A DNA stretch of 63,725 nucleotides, counting the filler, from Octopus bimaculoides (Eukaryota), in NCBI RefSeq assembly GCF_001194135.2. It is 6 parts of 5 records of this genome, joined end to end, with 100 filler letters (N's around TTAATTAATTAA, not from the genome) between each part and the next. Parts side by side here need not be neighbours in the genome. Positions count along the whole stretch, not along the records: positions 39,897 to 53,087 come from NC_069004.1; positions 53,188 to 58,999 come from NC_069002.1; positions 59,100 to 61,276 come from NC_069009.1; positions 61,377 to 63,725 come from NC_068984.1; 2 more parts are not named here. One strand, written 5' to 3'. How positions within the stretch are numbered: position 1 is the first letter of the stretch; the number at the start of each line of letters is the position of its first letter. The notes below the pieces were generated by a model. The model did not search any database. It was not told the origin of the DNA and saw only the letters and a list, made by a program, of their open reading frames with translations. Shown here piece after piece: positions 50,550-63,389 of the stretch. A program made the position numbers and the translations under genes.

Positions 50550-50876
50550 GTAACTGTCTCCTTAAATAACTTCAGCCTCCTCCAAGTGCTGATCCACTCA
50601 GGTTTTCTTACGAAACGGATGTCAAAGACGTTAAACAAAAGGATGGTTTTATTTCCTGCTGTTGCTGATGTTGTTGTTGTTGCTGTTTTTACATTTAGTT
50701 TTTCAATTTTTAAAAGAGATAAGGACAAGGGTTATGTGGGTGGTGGGTGGGTGGCTAAAAGGTAGCGGTGACGGGGGAGGTGGAAATGTGGTGGATGTCG
50801 AGAGTTGATTATTCCCAGCAGCTCGTTTCAAGTCCGAGAATGATGTAATGCAACTCGAATCAGCACCACCTCCACT

Positions 50877-50927
<51 letters not shown>

Positions 50928-51221
50928 TTCACCGAATTATGAAGGGAGTGAGAAATACAATATACAAAAGGACATATTAAGAATTTTAAAAGAGCACACA
51001 CACACACACACACACACGCACACACACAGATAGCTAGCTAGCTAGCTAGATAGATACATACATACATATATATGCATGCATATATATATAGAGAGAGATA
51101 CACAGTATATATATATATGCATGTGTATATATACATGTATATATATGTATTTATATGTATTGGGTTGGTAAAAAAAAATTGTAGCATTTTTTAAGTAAAA
51201 TTCATTAACAATATTTAGATA

Positions 51222-51328
<107 letters not shown>

Positions 51329-51379
51329 ATATTATATATAATCACTCGTATTAAATACATAAATACTTCAACAGTATTA

Positions 51380-51630
51380 ATACTGAAAGAAGCCCATCGT
51401 AAATGTGTGTGTGTGTGTGTGTATGTTTGTGTGTCTGTGTTTGTCCACCCACATCACTTGACAACTGATGTTGGTGTGTTTAAGTTCTCGTAACGTAGCG
51501 GTTCGGCAAAGAAACCAAAAGACTAAGTACTAGGCTTACAAAGAGTAAGTTCTGGGGTCGAACTTATTCTGTTTGACTAAAGGCAGTGCTCCAGCATGGC
51601 CACAGTCAAATGACTGAAACAAATAAATAT
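51380..51630 (+). mobile_element. SINE family 2, 3' part
   Basis: actgaaagaagccc...ggtgtgttta...ccagcatggccacagtcaaatgactgaaacaa. Confidence 0.8.
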
Positions 51631-52078
51631 ATATGTATATATAGATATATATATATATATCATATAAGGACACACACACATATATATATACACACATACA
51701 TACATACATACATACATCCACCCATGCATGTACACATACATACATACAAGCATGCATGCATACGTAAAGAAACAAGAATAGAGACTCAAATTTTTCCTAC
51801 AAGTGTTTCAATAGCATGGCTATTTATTCAACTGTGCATAACGTTACATAATATCGCATAACTTCTCATTATTACACAACTATATTATTTGATCAGGGAA
51901 TATTGAACATTTCACAAGTAAAATCAATCTCTTGCTTGACTGCGAGTATTTGACTGGTTCTTTGATTGAGTAGTAATTAATGGACTCTTCTTGAGGGCCC
52001 AGTAAGCCAAATGTGTAATATTCATTGAAGTGTTAATGAGTTAATTAGCAGGATCATTTAGATCCCCATTAATCAATA

Positions 52079-52114
<36 letters not shown>

Positions 52115-52300
52115 GGGAGAATATACAAATAATAACAACAGACGAGGACAGGTGGTGTAAATAACAAAAGTATATATTAGTATGACGCTCGGGAATACGG
52201 AAAGTCTTTGACGTTTCGAGCTACGCTCTTCAACAGAAAGAATACGGAGACAAGGAGAAAAACACGGAGAAAAAAAATTGAATAGTGTTCAGTCAACGGT
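52115..52300 (-). repeat. ~190-bp Penelope-type repeat carrying a minimal hammerhead-like motif (family A, copy 1)
   Basis: Minus strand 52240-52206 reads cttt-CTGTTGA-agagcgtagctc-GAAA-cGTC-aaag; homologous to 54755-54935. Confidence 0.6.
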
Positions 52301-53021
52301 CAAATATATACACACACAGTCTTTTAATCATAGGGTGTATATCTTATAAAGCATTTTCTCACTTGTTCCTTATCAAAATACACAACACACCCTGTGTTAC
52401 ATGCTAACTGTGTATTTCATTCTGTCGAAAAGGATATTGATATATAAATACAATGTAATCAATATACATATGTATGCGTATATTGCCTGCATATATGCCT
52501 GCCTGTATATATATATATATATATACACGCAAACACATATATTTATGTATGTATGTATGTAAGTATATACACTACAATATAACATCATAGCTGCAGCTTA
52601 TCTCAGAAATCAATGAGGTGTTTATGATAGCAGACTTAATAAACAAATGTAAGTGCAGCATTGATGGTGTGTGTGAGGCGGGGGGGGGGNNNNNNNNNNN
52701 NNNNNNNNNNNNNNNNNNNNNNNNNNNNNNNNNNNNNNNNNNCAGGGGTGTTTACAGACATGGGAAGATGAAAGGAAGAAAGTGTTTCTCAAGTGTGATG
52801 GCGCAGTACAGATGTATAGAAATAAATAAACAATAATATATCAGATACACCCACCACCATACGTATACACACATTACACACTTACATGCATGCACACACA
52901 CATGCATGCATGCACACATACATACATGCACACATACATACATGCACACATACATATATATGTATATGTGTATGTATATTTATATATGTACAATATATAC
53001 AAAATATATATATATGTATAT

Positions 53022-53087
<66 letters not shown>

Positions 53088-53393
53088 NNNNNNNNNNNNN
53101 NNNNNNNNNNNNNNNNNNNNNNNNNNNNNNNTTAATTAATTAANNNNNNNNNNNNNNNNNNNNNNNNNNNNNNNNNNNNNNNNNNNNTGTGTGTGTGTGT
53201 GGGGGGGGGTGTATTTATACATAAATGTAATATTTTTCTCAAATAAATTGCACTTCATATTCGAGGCTCCGATGAAGCTATAAGATATTACTCAGGCATT
53301 CAACTATGAATCCATTGCTTCGACAGCAGAAACAGCTGCAAGCTAATGAAATGCATAAGAAAATTGTCTAGTTCTTTGTCGTTTCATTTTCTT

Positions 53394-53446
<53 letters not shown>

Positions 53447-54754
53447 TACATGTGTGTGTGTGTATTGGGTGGCAGGCTGTGACGTCATCAACAACGGTGA
53501 GATAAAAAAAAATGAGTGAATCGACTTCTGCAAGATTTGAACTCACTACTGTTTGCATCGTGATAGGCCACGTGACAAAATAATTCTGAAATAATCTGAA
53601 ATGGCTTCAGTCCACTGTAAAGAGGTCGTGAGAAAGACAAGAGTTTAAGGTCAAGTTTGAAGAAATGTATGCTAAGCTAGTGGACATGATTAAGTAGCCA
53701 GTGCTGGTCTGACACCTTGGACAATAAAGAAATAAACAAAACTTGAGGGCTAACAGCTGTAATTACGAGATTCAGTGAATTGTGCCAGGGAAAAGGCTAT
53801 CTTGTTAAAGATCTGTGTGTGTGTCATCGTTTCGCATGTGACACAAAAATGAGAGAGAGAAAGAAAGAGAGAGGGGGGAGAAATACGAGAGGGAATGTAT
53901 GTGTAAATGTAACGTCATAAAACTGTGACGTAAGCGTGTCATTATCATGTCAGGGTTTCTGATGTGAACGGCTGAAGGTCGACTTGAAATTCATAATTGG
54001 TTGGAAAGAAAGAATGAAAGAAAGAAAGAAGGACAACGTTTCGAAATACTTGAACACGACATCTGTTTGTCCATTCACCACCACCACCACCGCCACCCCA
54101 TTCTCCTCCCTACACATCACTGTCAGAAATACAGGAATCTGCTACAAAGACATCGGACACTTTCCCACGATGCTCTAGTGGACTCATCGACTGGGAACTG
54201 AAAGGGCCAACGTTCATATCCCACCCTGGTCATTGTACTTTTTTTTCAATGGCCAAAGCACGTATTTGCCATTGACTCCGTCCACATGGCTGTAAATAGG
54301 TACCACCATGCTGAATGATTTTAATATTTTCTCAAAACTCATGAGTTATTCAGTCCCAACTCAATTGTGATTAGATCCATGCAAGGATTAGTNNNNNNNN
54401 NNNNNNNNNNNNNNNNNNNNNNNNNNNNNNNNNNNNNNNNNNNNNNNNNNNNNNNNNNNNNNNNNNNNNNNNNNNNNNNNNNNNNNNNNNNNNNNNNNNN
54501 NNNNNNNNNNNNNNNNNNNNNNNNNNNNNNNNNNNNNNNNNNNNNNNNNNNNNNNNNNNNNNNNNNNNNNNGGAACGTTTGAAGACTTGTTTCTCTTTAT
54601 AAAATTTTCATAAAATGTCATTCTTTGGCTATTCCTTGATTCTCTGGGCCCAAGAGCGAAGTACAAGATTCTGGAGTTCACGATGAAAGGCATTTCCACC
54701 ATGATTAACTCGTATGCTTGTCTGGCATTCGCCATGATAGATCGCTGACCACTA

Positions 54755-54935
54755 CATTTATATTTTTTTCTCCTTGTTTCTCTCCTTATTTCTTTCTGTG
54801 TTCCTTTCAGTTGAAGAGCGTAGGCTCGAAACGTCAAAGACTTTCTCTATTCCCGAGCGTTAAACTTATACATCCATTTGTTGTTTACACCACCTGTCTT
54901 CGTCTGTTGTTGTTTTTTTCGTAAATTCTACCATA
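54755..54935 (+). repeat. Penelope-type repeat with a minimal hammerhead-like motif (family A, copy 2)
   Basis: 54804-54839 reads cttt-CAGTTGA-agagcgtaggctc-GAAA-cGTC-aaag. Confidence 0.6.
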
Positions 54936-55603
54936 TGTAAATATATATATATATATGTATATATAACACTGCAGTAGCCAATGTTTTTTTACATTTCCTA
55001 AGATGGCAGTGTATGATCTGCTATTTCCATGATGTCATGTGACCACATAGCAGTTCCTTCGTTGGTTCAACAAATACTAACTTCCACCTACTAATGCTGT
55101 AATCCCGTTGTCGTCAAATGAATCAGAAGATTATTGTTCTCCACGGGACATTTGTTCGATCGATTCATTATGTTTTCTTTTGGTCTTTTGTTCTAATGAN
55201 NNNNNNNNNNNNNNNNNNNNNNNNNNNNNNNNNNNNNNNNNNNNNNNNNNNNNNNNNNNNNNNNNNNNNNNNNNNNNNNNNNNNNNNNNNNNNNNNNNNT
55301 ATATATATATATATATGTATATGCATATATATATATGATACATATGTATATATCTATATGCAATATGTATATGTATATAGATATATAATATATATGTATA
55401 TATATATATGTATATATATATGTATGTATATATGTATGTATATAATTGTACATATAAATGTATGTATATAAATGTATATAAATGCATATAGATACATACA
55501 TACATATATATGTATACATATATATTCATTTATTCATCTCAATATAACTATAAATGCAAATATATATACGTTTAATATAGGTATATTATACATATACATT
55601 TAT

Positions 55604-55634
<31 letters not shown>

Positions 55635-55710
55635 CATATATATGTGTACACGTGCTTACATTTATATATACGCATACACATATACATATATATTTCTACA
55701 TATATTTATC

Positions 55711-55940
55711 ATTCTTAAACAAGAATATTGTTGACGGTGACTTCGGCCTGTTAAGCCATTATCGGTCTCCCACAGCCCGACGATGGCTTAACAAACCGAA
55801 ACTTCGAAGTCACACTCAATAATACAATAATATTTTTGTCTAAGAATAATAAAGTTTTCCTCGACAAAGGTATAGAGAAAACCCATCAGAAAACCGTTTT
55901 TACTATAACTGAACATAAAAGGAAACATTAACTTTATATA
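55711..55940. repeat. Head-to-head inverted pair of family B repeats forming a ~137-bp hairpin (55711-55847)
   Basis: The left arm attcttaaacaagaatattg...gacttcgg...ttaagccat is the reverse complement of the right arm. The right arm contains CCGACGA-tggcttaacaaacc-GAAA-cttcgaaGTC (55777-55811). Confidence 0.7.
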
Positions 55941-55952
55941 TGTGTGTAAGTG

Positions 55953-55985
<33 letters not shown>

Positions 55986-56389
55986 CGCATTTACTTATGT
56001 CATTAAATTATGTTTACTTACATCATATTTGTTCATTTTTAATTACCCTGTCAAATTTTAAAATATTCATCAGCTTTTTAGATTCGAACCCACATTTTCG
56101 GGTGCAGCAACCACAAGTGTAAGTGTTTTTGGCATGAATATTTACCAACACCAACATTGTCAGCTTTGCAACTTGGATAGTTCGAATCGCTTCCTTTTAA
56201 CAGAAACACAATTGTATTCATAAGCACAATCACGAATATCATATTTGTGTGTGTATGTGTGTGTTGTGTTACGCACACAAGGTAAGCACACCACGGACCA
56301 GTCCGTCAGGGGACTCTGTCGTTTCCCGCCCTTTAAATACGTAGACAGAATGGGATTCAATTCTTATATTTACCTCACAGCTTGGCTCT

Positions 56390-56433
<44 letters not shown>

Positions 56434-56618
56434 CACATACACACATATACATATATGTATAGGGAGTTTGCATCCCTTGTCAGTCATTAAGATAGTGTTT
56501 TTCGAGGCTATTGAGTTGTTTTGACCCTTATCTCTAGCAATACTGGTGCTGATTAATTCCTTTAGTGACGCCTATATTTCTGCCTTTAGGTTGTAAAATT
56601 ACGAATAAGACACCCATA

Positions 56619-56669
<51 letters not shown>

Positions 56670-57224
56670 CACGCGCTCACGTAATACATTTTCTTATGTG
56701 CTACTATTAGTTTCTTGTGTTAAAAGCACGCCAGACAGTATTTTTAACACGTGTGGCGTCTCAGCACAATCTTCGGGCACTGCGCACATGGCATAACAAA
56801 CTAAAAATAGGACGATAGGTTGAGGAAAAAATAAGTGAGAAAAGGCGAGAAAGAAGTAGGCGGGAAGTTGAAAAACCGGGAAACGAAAAAGAATACAAAA
56901 AGAAGGAAAGAGGCGAGAATTAGAATTATTTCTCCTTCGATCGTAAAATATAAAGCTGAAAAGATTCTAGCTTAGAGTCTGTGGTACAGCTGTTCAATCT
57001 GGAGAGGGTTGCAATTTGTCAACAGGAACTTAGCCATATGCTTACAACAGCTGGAAATTTCGGATCAAGAATTCAACAGCGTTTTAGAGTTCATAGGTCT
57101 GAAAGGGATCTGAGTTCATTCAGCTACTAAAAAGCACATAAAAAACATACTGTGTATATTAGATAATATTTATCTCTCACAAGATGGAATACTTTTTCAT
57201 TGATCTTACCATCACGCAACAGTA

Positions 57225-57264
<40 letters not shown>

Positions 57265-57924
57265 GAATGTCTATTTGGCGACTCGCAGATCGTTGTGGTG
57301 TGAAGCTCGAGTCGCAGGGTAAACGCAGTTTATACAAAACCAAATGTTCTACATGTATTGAACACACCTCTCTCATTAATCCGAGATACGCACACACACA
57401 CACACAACTAGGGGGAATTTAGTAGTTAAAACGTCTGACGAAGTAGTAGTAGTAGTCGTAGTAGTAGTAGTAGCTCAGAGCAACTCTGATCAGGCAGACA
57501 ACGTTTGAAGCGTTCCGCTCGTGCCTATCCCTTCCTATTTTCAGATTTTTAAACAAAGTAACTATGACTAGATTACGGTTTGCATGCTCGCTTTTTTGAA
57601 ACTGATTAAGTGTCGTTTGAGGATGATTTCAGATGTTTTACTTAACAAATCGAATAACTACAGAATTTATTAATTATGGGTACACATGGTAGTCATACTT
57701 AAATAAAGCTGTGTAGATTTAACACATTCGTGTCACAAACGTGGAAGGATCTTCGCCGCGGTAACTGTTTCAGGTGAGGAATAATCCTTAAAGACTACGT
57801 GTCTCTTTAAGGATTATTTACACACGAGCTGGGTTATGAATGACATCATCTGATTGTAAATTACGTGTCTCTGCAGGTTTACGCTTCATCGGTTACAGAC
57901 TCCAGAGCCGTCGTTTTTATTATA

Positions 57925-58345
57925 CTCTTACTCTTTTACTCTTTTACTTGTTTCAGTCATTTGACTGCGGCGATGCTGGAGCACCGCCTTAATCGAGCAA
58001 ATCGAACCCAGGACTTATTCTTTGGCAGCCTAGTACTTATGCTATCGGTCTCTTTTGTCGAACCGCTAAGTTACGGGGACGTAAACACACCAGCATAGGT
58101 TGTCAAGTGATGTTGGGGGGGGGGACAAACACAGACACACAAACACCCACACACACATATATACATATACATATATATACGACAGGCTTCTTTCAGTTTC
58201 CGTCTACCAAATCCACTCACAAGGCTTTGGTCGGCCCGAGGCTATAGTAGAAGACACTGGCCCAAGGTGCCACGCAGTGGGACTGAACCCGGAACCATGT
58301 GGTTGGTAAGCAAGCTACTTACCACACAGCCACTCCTACGCCTAT
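57925..58345 (-). mobile_element. Near full-length SINE family 2
   Basis: Complete body from the head (gtaggagtggctgtgtggtaagtagcttg) to the aaagagtaaaagag tail. Confidence 0.9.
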
Positions 58346-59279
58346 GTACAAGAAAAAATTAAATTTGCTGTGTGCTAAGCTTTGTCAAGCTGAAATTGAT
58401 GAAGAAAAGACACACTAAGCAGGAAGGAATATAGCTGGATACATTTATGTGTATCATGTTTGAGTACAAAACCAAACTTGAAAGATCGCCACGGTAACTG
58501 TCCTGCAACAGACTAATGATAAAAGCTGTTCCTCTATATTTAGTTTTCCCTCCAGAGAACATCACCCAGATGCGCTCCTATCTTGCTGATGCCTGCCCTA
58601 CAGATATCCATTCACGACCCTCGGGACGTTGATGATATCAACCTTGCTGGGATCTTGGGGGTCTGCAAAAGTCATTGGCCCTGCTCCTTTATCAGACCCC
58701 CAAAAGTAAAAAGTATATCCTTCGTACTTTAAGATGCATTTCGGGGCAGATTTGACTGAAAACAATGCAAGAGACTCAGTTGCATAAATCAGTTATGAAT
58801 ATGAATATGAATATGTGTGTATGTATGTATGTATGTATGTATGTATGTATGTATGTATGTATGTATGTATGTATGCATGTAGGTATGTGTGTATGTATGT
58901 ATGCATGTATGTATGTATGTATATATGCATGTGTGTATGTATGTATGTATGCATGTATGTAAGTATGCATGTATGTACGTCTGTGTATACATATATATAN
59001 NNNNNNNNNNNNNNNNNNNNNNNNNNNNNNNNNNNNNNNNNNNTTAATTAATTAANNNNNNNNNNNNNNNNNNNNNNNNNNNNNNNNNNNNNNNNNNNNT
59101 CATGTAAATTGATTACTATTGTTTGGATAGTTCCCATTAAATAAGTCCAGAAGTTAGGTCAAATATATATAAATGCATAAGTACCGCAAATTCCCATTCT
59201 ACAAAGTGGCAAACAATTCCCTGAATACTTAACCAGGCACAGCTGGGTAGTAAGTCTGGAGGAGGAGGAGGAGATTCCC

Positions 59280-59608
59280 TTCGGTCATGACTGACCATGG
59301 GATTGCACCTAAAAAGTTACCCTCCCAGGCACAAGTCCGGGCAAGGTTGTTTTATGGAAGACCAGCAGTCGCCCATGCATACCAGCCTCCCCTCTCCACA
59401 CCACTGATGTTATCCAAGGGAAAGACAAAGGGGCCGATACAGCTTGGCACCTGCGATGTCGCAACTCATTCCTACAGCCGTGTGAACTGGAGTAGCATGA
59501 AATAAAGTATCTTGCTCAAGAACCCAACATGCAGCCCAGTCTGGAGTTTGAACTCACAACTTCACGATCGTAAGCTTGACGCTCTAACCACTGAGCTATA
59601 CGCCTTCA
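59280..59608 (-). mobile_element. tRNA-derived SINE (family 4)
   Basis: The minus-strand head gtgaaggcgtatagctcagtggttagagcgtcaagcttacgatcgtgaagttgtgagttcaaactcc has A- and B-box-like motifs. Confidence 0.75.
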
Positions 59609-59639
59609 CACACACACACACATATATATATCTATATAT

Positions 59640-60305
59640 ATTCTTTTACTTGTTTCAGTCATTTGACTGCGGCCATGCTGGAGCACCGCCTTTAGTCGAG
59701 CAAATCGACCCCAGGACTTATTCTTTGTAAGCCTAGTACTTATTCTATTGGTCTCTTTTGCTGAACCGCTAAGTTACAGGGATGTAAGCACACCAGCATT
59801 GGTTGTCAAGCGATGTTGGGGGAACAAATACAGACACAAACATATATACACACATACATTCATATATATATATACATACATATACACGAGGTGATGTACA
59901 GGAATTATATATTAGAAAAAATAATGATCAGGTACTCAGATGTCTGGATGGTTGTACATTTACAGGAGTGGTAAGTAGCTTGCTTACCAACTACATGGTT
60001 CCGGGTTCATTCCCACTGTGTGGCACCTTGGGTAAGTGTCTTCTACTATAGCATCGGGCCGACCAAAGCTTTGTGAGTGGAGTTGGTAGACGAAAACTGA
60101 AAGAAGCCGGTCATATATATGTATAAATCAATGTGTGCATGTGTGTGTGTTTGTCCCCCCACCATCGCTTGACAACTGATGTTGGTGTGTTTATGCCTCT
60201 GTAACTTAGCACTTTGGCAAAAGAGTCCGATAGAATAAGTACTAGGTTTACAAAGAATAAGTCCTGGGGTCAATTTGTTCGACTAAAGGCGGTGCTCCAG
60301 CATGG
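59640..60305. mobile_element. Two SINE family 2 copies in opposite orientation (~59640-59850 minus; ~59960-60305 plus)
   Basis: Both match the 57925-58345 body. Confidence 0.8.
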
Positions 60306-60329
60306 GAGTCAAGTGGGAATGTTTCATAC

Positions 60330-60905
60330 AGAGGTTTTATACATGGTATGTTGCAGCTGAATTGAACAACACGTTATCTTGGCTCAAATGAGACGGACTG
60401 GATATGTTATTAGAATGAAAGGCGAGTGTTTGCCAAAGCGTCTTTTTTATGGTGAGCTCAACTCTGGTAAGTGACCATAACATAAGCCAAGGAAAAGGTA
60501 TAAAGACTGAGTGAAGGAAAACCTGAAGAAACTAGATATGAATAAATGTGATTGGGAAAATGATGTTCCAGATTAGAACAATTAGAGCGGTGCTGTTAGG
60601 AATGGTTGCAATGCTTGGGAGGGAAAGATGATTCAGCACTTTGGACTTAAAAGGGTCTGTCGCAAAGGAACAATTGGAACTGTAATCAACAGTGAACGTT
60701 GTGACCGTGTTCTGTTGCCAAAAGCAGGATATGTGAACCATGTGAAGACACTTGAAAATCATAATGCTCTGAGAGGTAATGATCTTGGACACCAGCAACC
60801 TCTTACAACTTGTGTCGTATGGCAAAAAACTTGTGAGACAATATCTAGACTTAAAAGACATATGCTAGTTCACAAAAACATTCCTTCAGAATCAGATTCC
60901 AAAGG
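60330..60905 (+). mobile_element. RTE/BovB-type LINE ORF2 C-terminus with a degenerate zinc finger
   Basis: GYVIRMKGECLPKRLFYGELNSGK..KPRKRYKD*VKENLKKL followed by CVVWQKTCETISRLKRHMLVH. Confidence 0.8.
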
Positions 60906-61228
60906 GTAAAGATATAGAAGAAACTTGAATAATATCTGTCAGTCAGCAGCCGGTCTGAAAGTCATCTAAGGGCTCATCAACGGAGATGAAGCAATCACAT
61001 ACACACACACACAAACATATATACACAAATATACAAACACACATGCAGACGAATATAAAACTATGTATAAATATAAAACAAATGTACAGGAAGTTCGTTC
61101 ATTGCTTGAATTAGCAGCCCACACGTTATCAGTGCTATGGAGATATAACTTTATATTTATAACTACTTTTTATAGTGCTTTATTCTTGCTGGATACTAAT
61201 ATTATCTTTATTTATATCTCTAGCATAA

Positions 61229-61276
<48 letters not shown>

Positions 61277-61464
61277 NNNNNNNNNNNNNNNNNNNNNNNN
61301 NNNNNNNNNNNNNNNNNNNNTTAATTAATTAANNNNNNNNNNNNNNNNNNNNNNNNNNNNNNNNNNNNNNNNNNNNTTGTAGAGACAGCTTTAAACACAC
61401 GTCCATGCTCAATCGCTGGCCAGCGAGAAAGAGAATGAATTGAGCGGGAAACGCTTGCTTGTTT

Positions 61465-61515
61465 AATTCTACGCATGCGTAAGACTACGCATGCGCAGGC
61501 GTTACTACAGTCTCA
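61465..61515. promoter_or_regulatory. Tandem NRF1-like palindromes (TACGCATGCGTA 61470-61481; TACGCATGCGCA 61486-61497) plus an ACTACA motif
   Basis: Match to the GCGCATGCGC consensus in unique sequence. Confidence 0.45.
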
Positions 61516-62002
61516 ACAACTGCAGCGTTAGACAACGTTATTGACATCGTACAAATTATACTGTATGATACAAAGTTTCGAAGCAACATAAAAATTGCAA
61601 ATATATTATCAAGACCGCAGATAAGATCTGATTGCGATTTTGGCGAAAGGCATAAAAATCCTTCTATCTGAAATTGAAATAACCCAAAGCATTGATCATG
61701 GTTACCACTAAAGAAATAGAATCAACTATGAAGTCTGAAATCGATATTACTCGAAATAAATCGTCGATTATAGCTGGTCGGAAAAACTAAATATTGAAGA
61801 CGAACATTTAGGAGAAAATTGGATAAAACGTGACACAATTAATTAGCACGGGAATTTAATTAATTTTGCAGTCCAATTTTCGTAGAGTAATTATTGAGAA
61901 AATATTGCGAAATGAAATTTTGATTAAACTGCATGAAGATCATTGAGTCATGACCCGAATGAAACAAATGAGTTTTAGATACTGCTACTGGCTAAAAACG
62001 CA

Positions 62003-62179
62003 ATCTGGTATAGCTGCAATTGTTAAGCATCTGGTATTTGGTGTAGCTGCGATCTGGTATAGCTGCAATCTGATTTAGCTGCGATCTGGTATAGCTGCGA
62101 TCTGGTATAGCTGCAATCTGGTTTAGCTGCGATCTGGTATAGCTGCGATCTGGTATAGCTGCAATCTGGTTTAGCTGCG
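62003..62179. repeat. 16-bp minisatellite (ATCTGGTWTAGCTGCR) with 48-bp higher-order periodicity
   Basis: Eight contiguous units at 62052-62179 in the order A-B-C-A-B-C-A-B, plus a detached unit at 62003-62018. Confidence 0.9.
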
Positions 62180-62499
62180 ATTGTCCAGCATCTCGACCAG
62201 TTACCAATGCACCAGATAAGATTATAACTAATGGCCAAAAACATCTGGATTTTGGCAACGAATACATGTCAACTACATCAGATCATTTTACGACGAAAGG
62301 TTGCTTATTGTCATTGATTCGTTCTCGAAATATCTACTTTTTTTCTTGCATCAGACAACATCAAAAACCTCTAATTGAGCTTTGCTCAAATGTACAAAGA
62401 ATTCGAAAAACATGCGATGTAAACCATTTGTTACTGGGGTCGATGTAATTGATTAGTCCCCTCCCTCAAAATTTCAGGCTTTGTACCTTTACTAGAAAA

Positions 62500-62532
<33 letters not shown>

Positions 62533-62554
62533 CATTATCGCCATAAGCGCAAGC

Positions 62555-62950
62555 GTGGCTGTGATATAAGAAGCTTGCTTCCCAACCACATAGTTCCGGT
62601 TTCAGTCCCACTGCGTGGCACCTTGGGCAAGTGTCTTCTATAGCCTCGAGCCAACCAAAGCCTTGTGAGTAGATTTGGTAGACAGAAACTGGAAGAAGCC
62701 GGTCGCGCACGCGTGCGTGCGTGTGTGTGTGAGTATTTATGTGTGTTGCCTGTGTTTGCCATCGCTTGACAACCGATGCTGGTGTGTTTATGTCCCCGTA
62801 ACTTACCGGTTCGGCAAAAGAAACTGATCGAATAAGTACTAGGCTTACAAAGAATAAATTCTGGGGTCGATTTCTCCAACAAAAACAATTTAAGGCGATG
62901 CTCCTGCATTACCGCAGTCAGATGACTGAAACAAGCAAAAGAATAAAAGA
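62555..62950 (+). mobile_element. Near full-length SINE family 2
   Basis: gtggctgtgatataagaagcttgcttcccaaccac...gatgactgaaacaagcaaaagaataaaaga. Confidence 0.85.
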
Positions 62951-63389
62951 ATATGATCAAGACAGGGTAACTTGAGCTCCGTAAGTATTGCGTCTTCTCC
63001 ATCATTTCGGCCTGTTGGGGTCCCGTTCAGTAATTAATTTTCTTATAATTTCATTATCAAAATTATCTGGGTCACTGTGGTAATATTTGGTTCAGAAATA
63101 CTCCCGTTCCGGTGGGATATACGTTAGTTATTTTGAGTCATTTGTGAAAACAAGACGATGGAGACTGGAGTAGCTTGTAAAAGGTTGATAGTTGCAATAG
63201 AGACATTAGTCTCTCTCTATCACCTTTCAACAAAATTATATATTAAGAAACAGTAGAACAATTAACAACATAATAAAATAGGTTTTATTTTTTTGGAGAT
63301 GCTTGGTTTTACAAATCCTGTGTCATTCAGCTTAGCAGCCGCAAGTTGACTTGTAATAGGCATTGGAAGGTTAAGAGCTTTGTTGATGC

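Noticed and set aside
50858-50930. Poly-Ser/poly-Met ORFs over (TCA)n
   Set aside because: Trinucleotide microsatellite with no supporting splice or homology evidence.
57268-57306. GCGACTCG...CGAGTCGC hairpin as a pre-miRNA or Helitron end
   Set aside because: Only an 8-bp stem with a large loop, and no CTRR terminus.
62003-62179. CRISPR-like repeat array
   Set aside because: No unique spacers, no cas genes, eukaryotic context.
62535-63005. 156-aa minus-strand ORF
   Set aside because: Almost entirely antisense SINE family 2 sequence.
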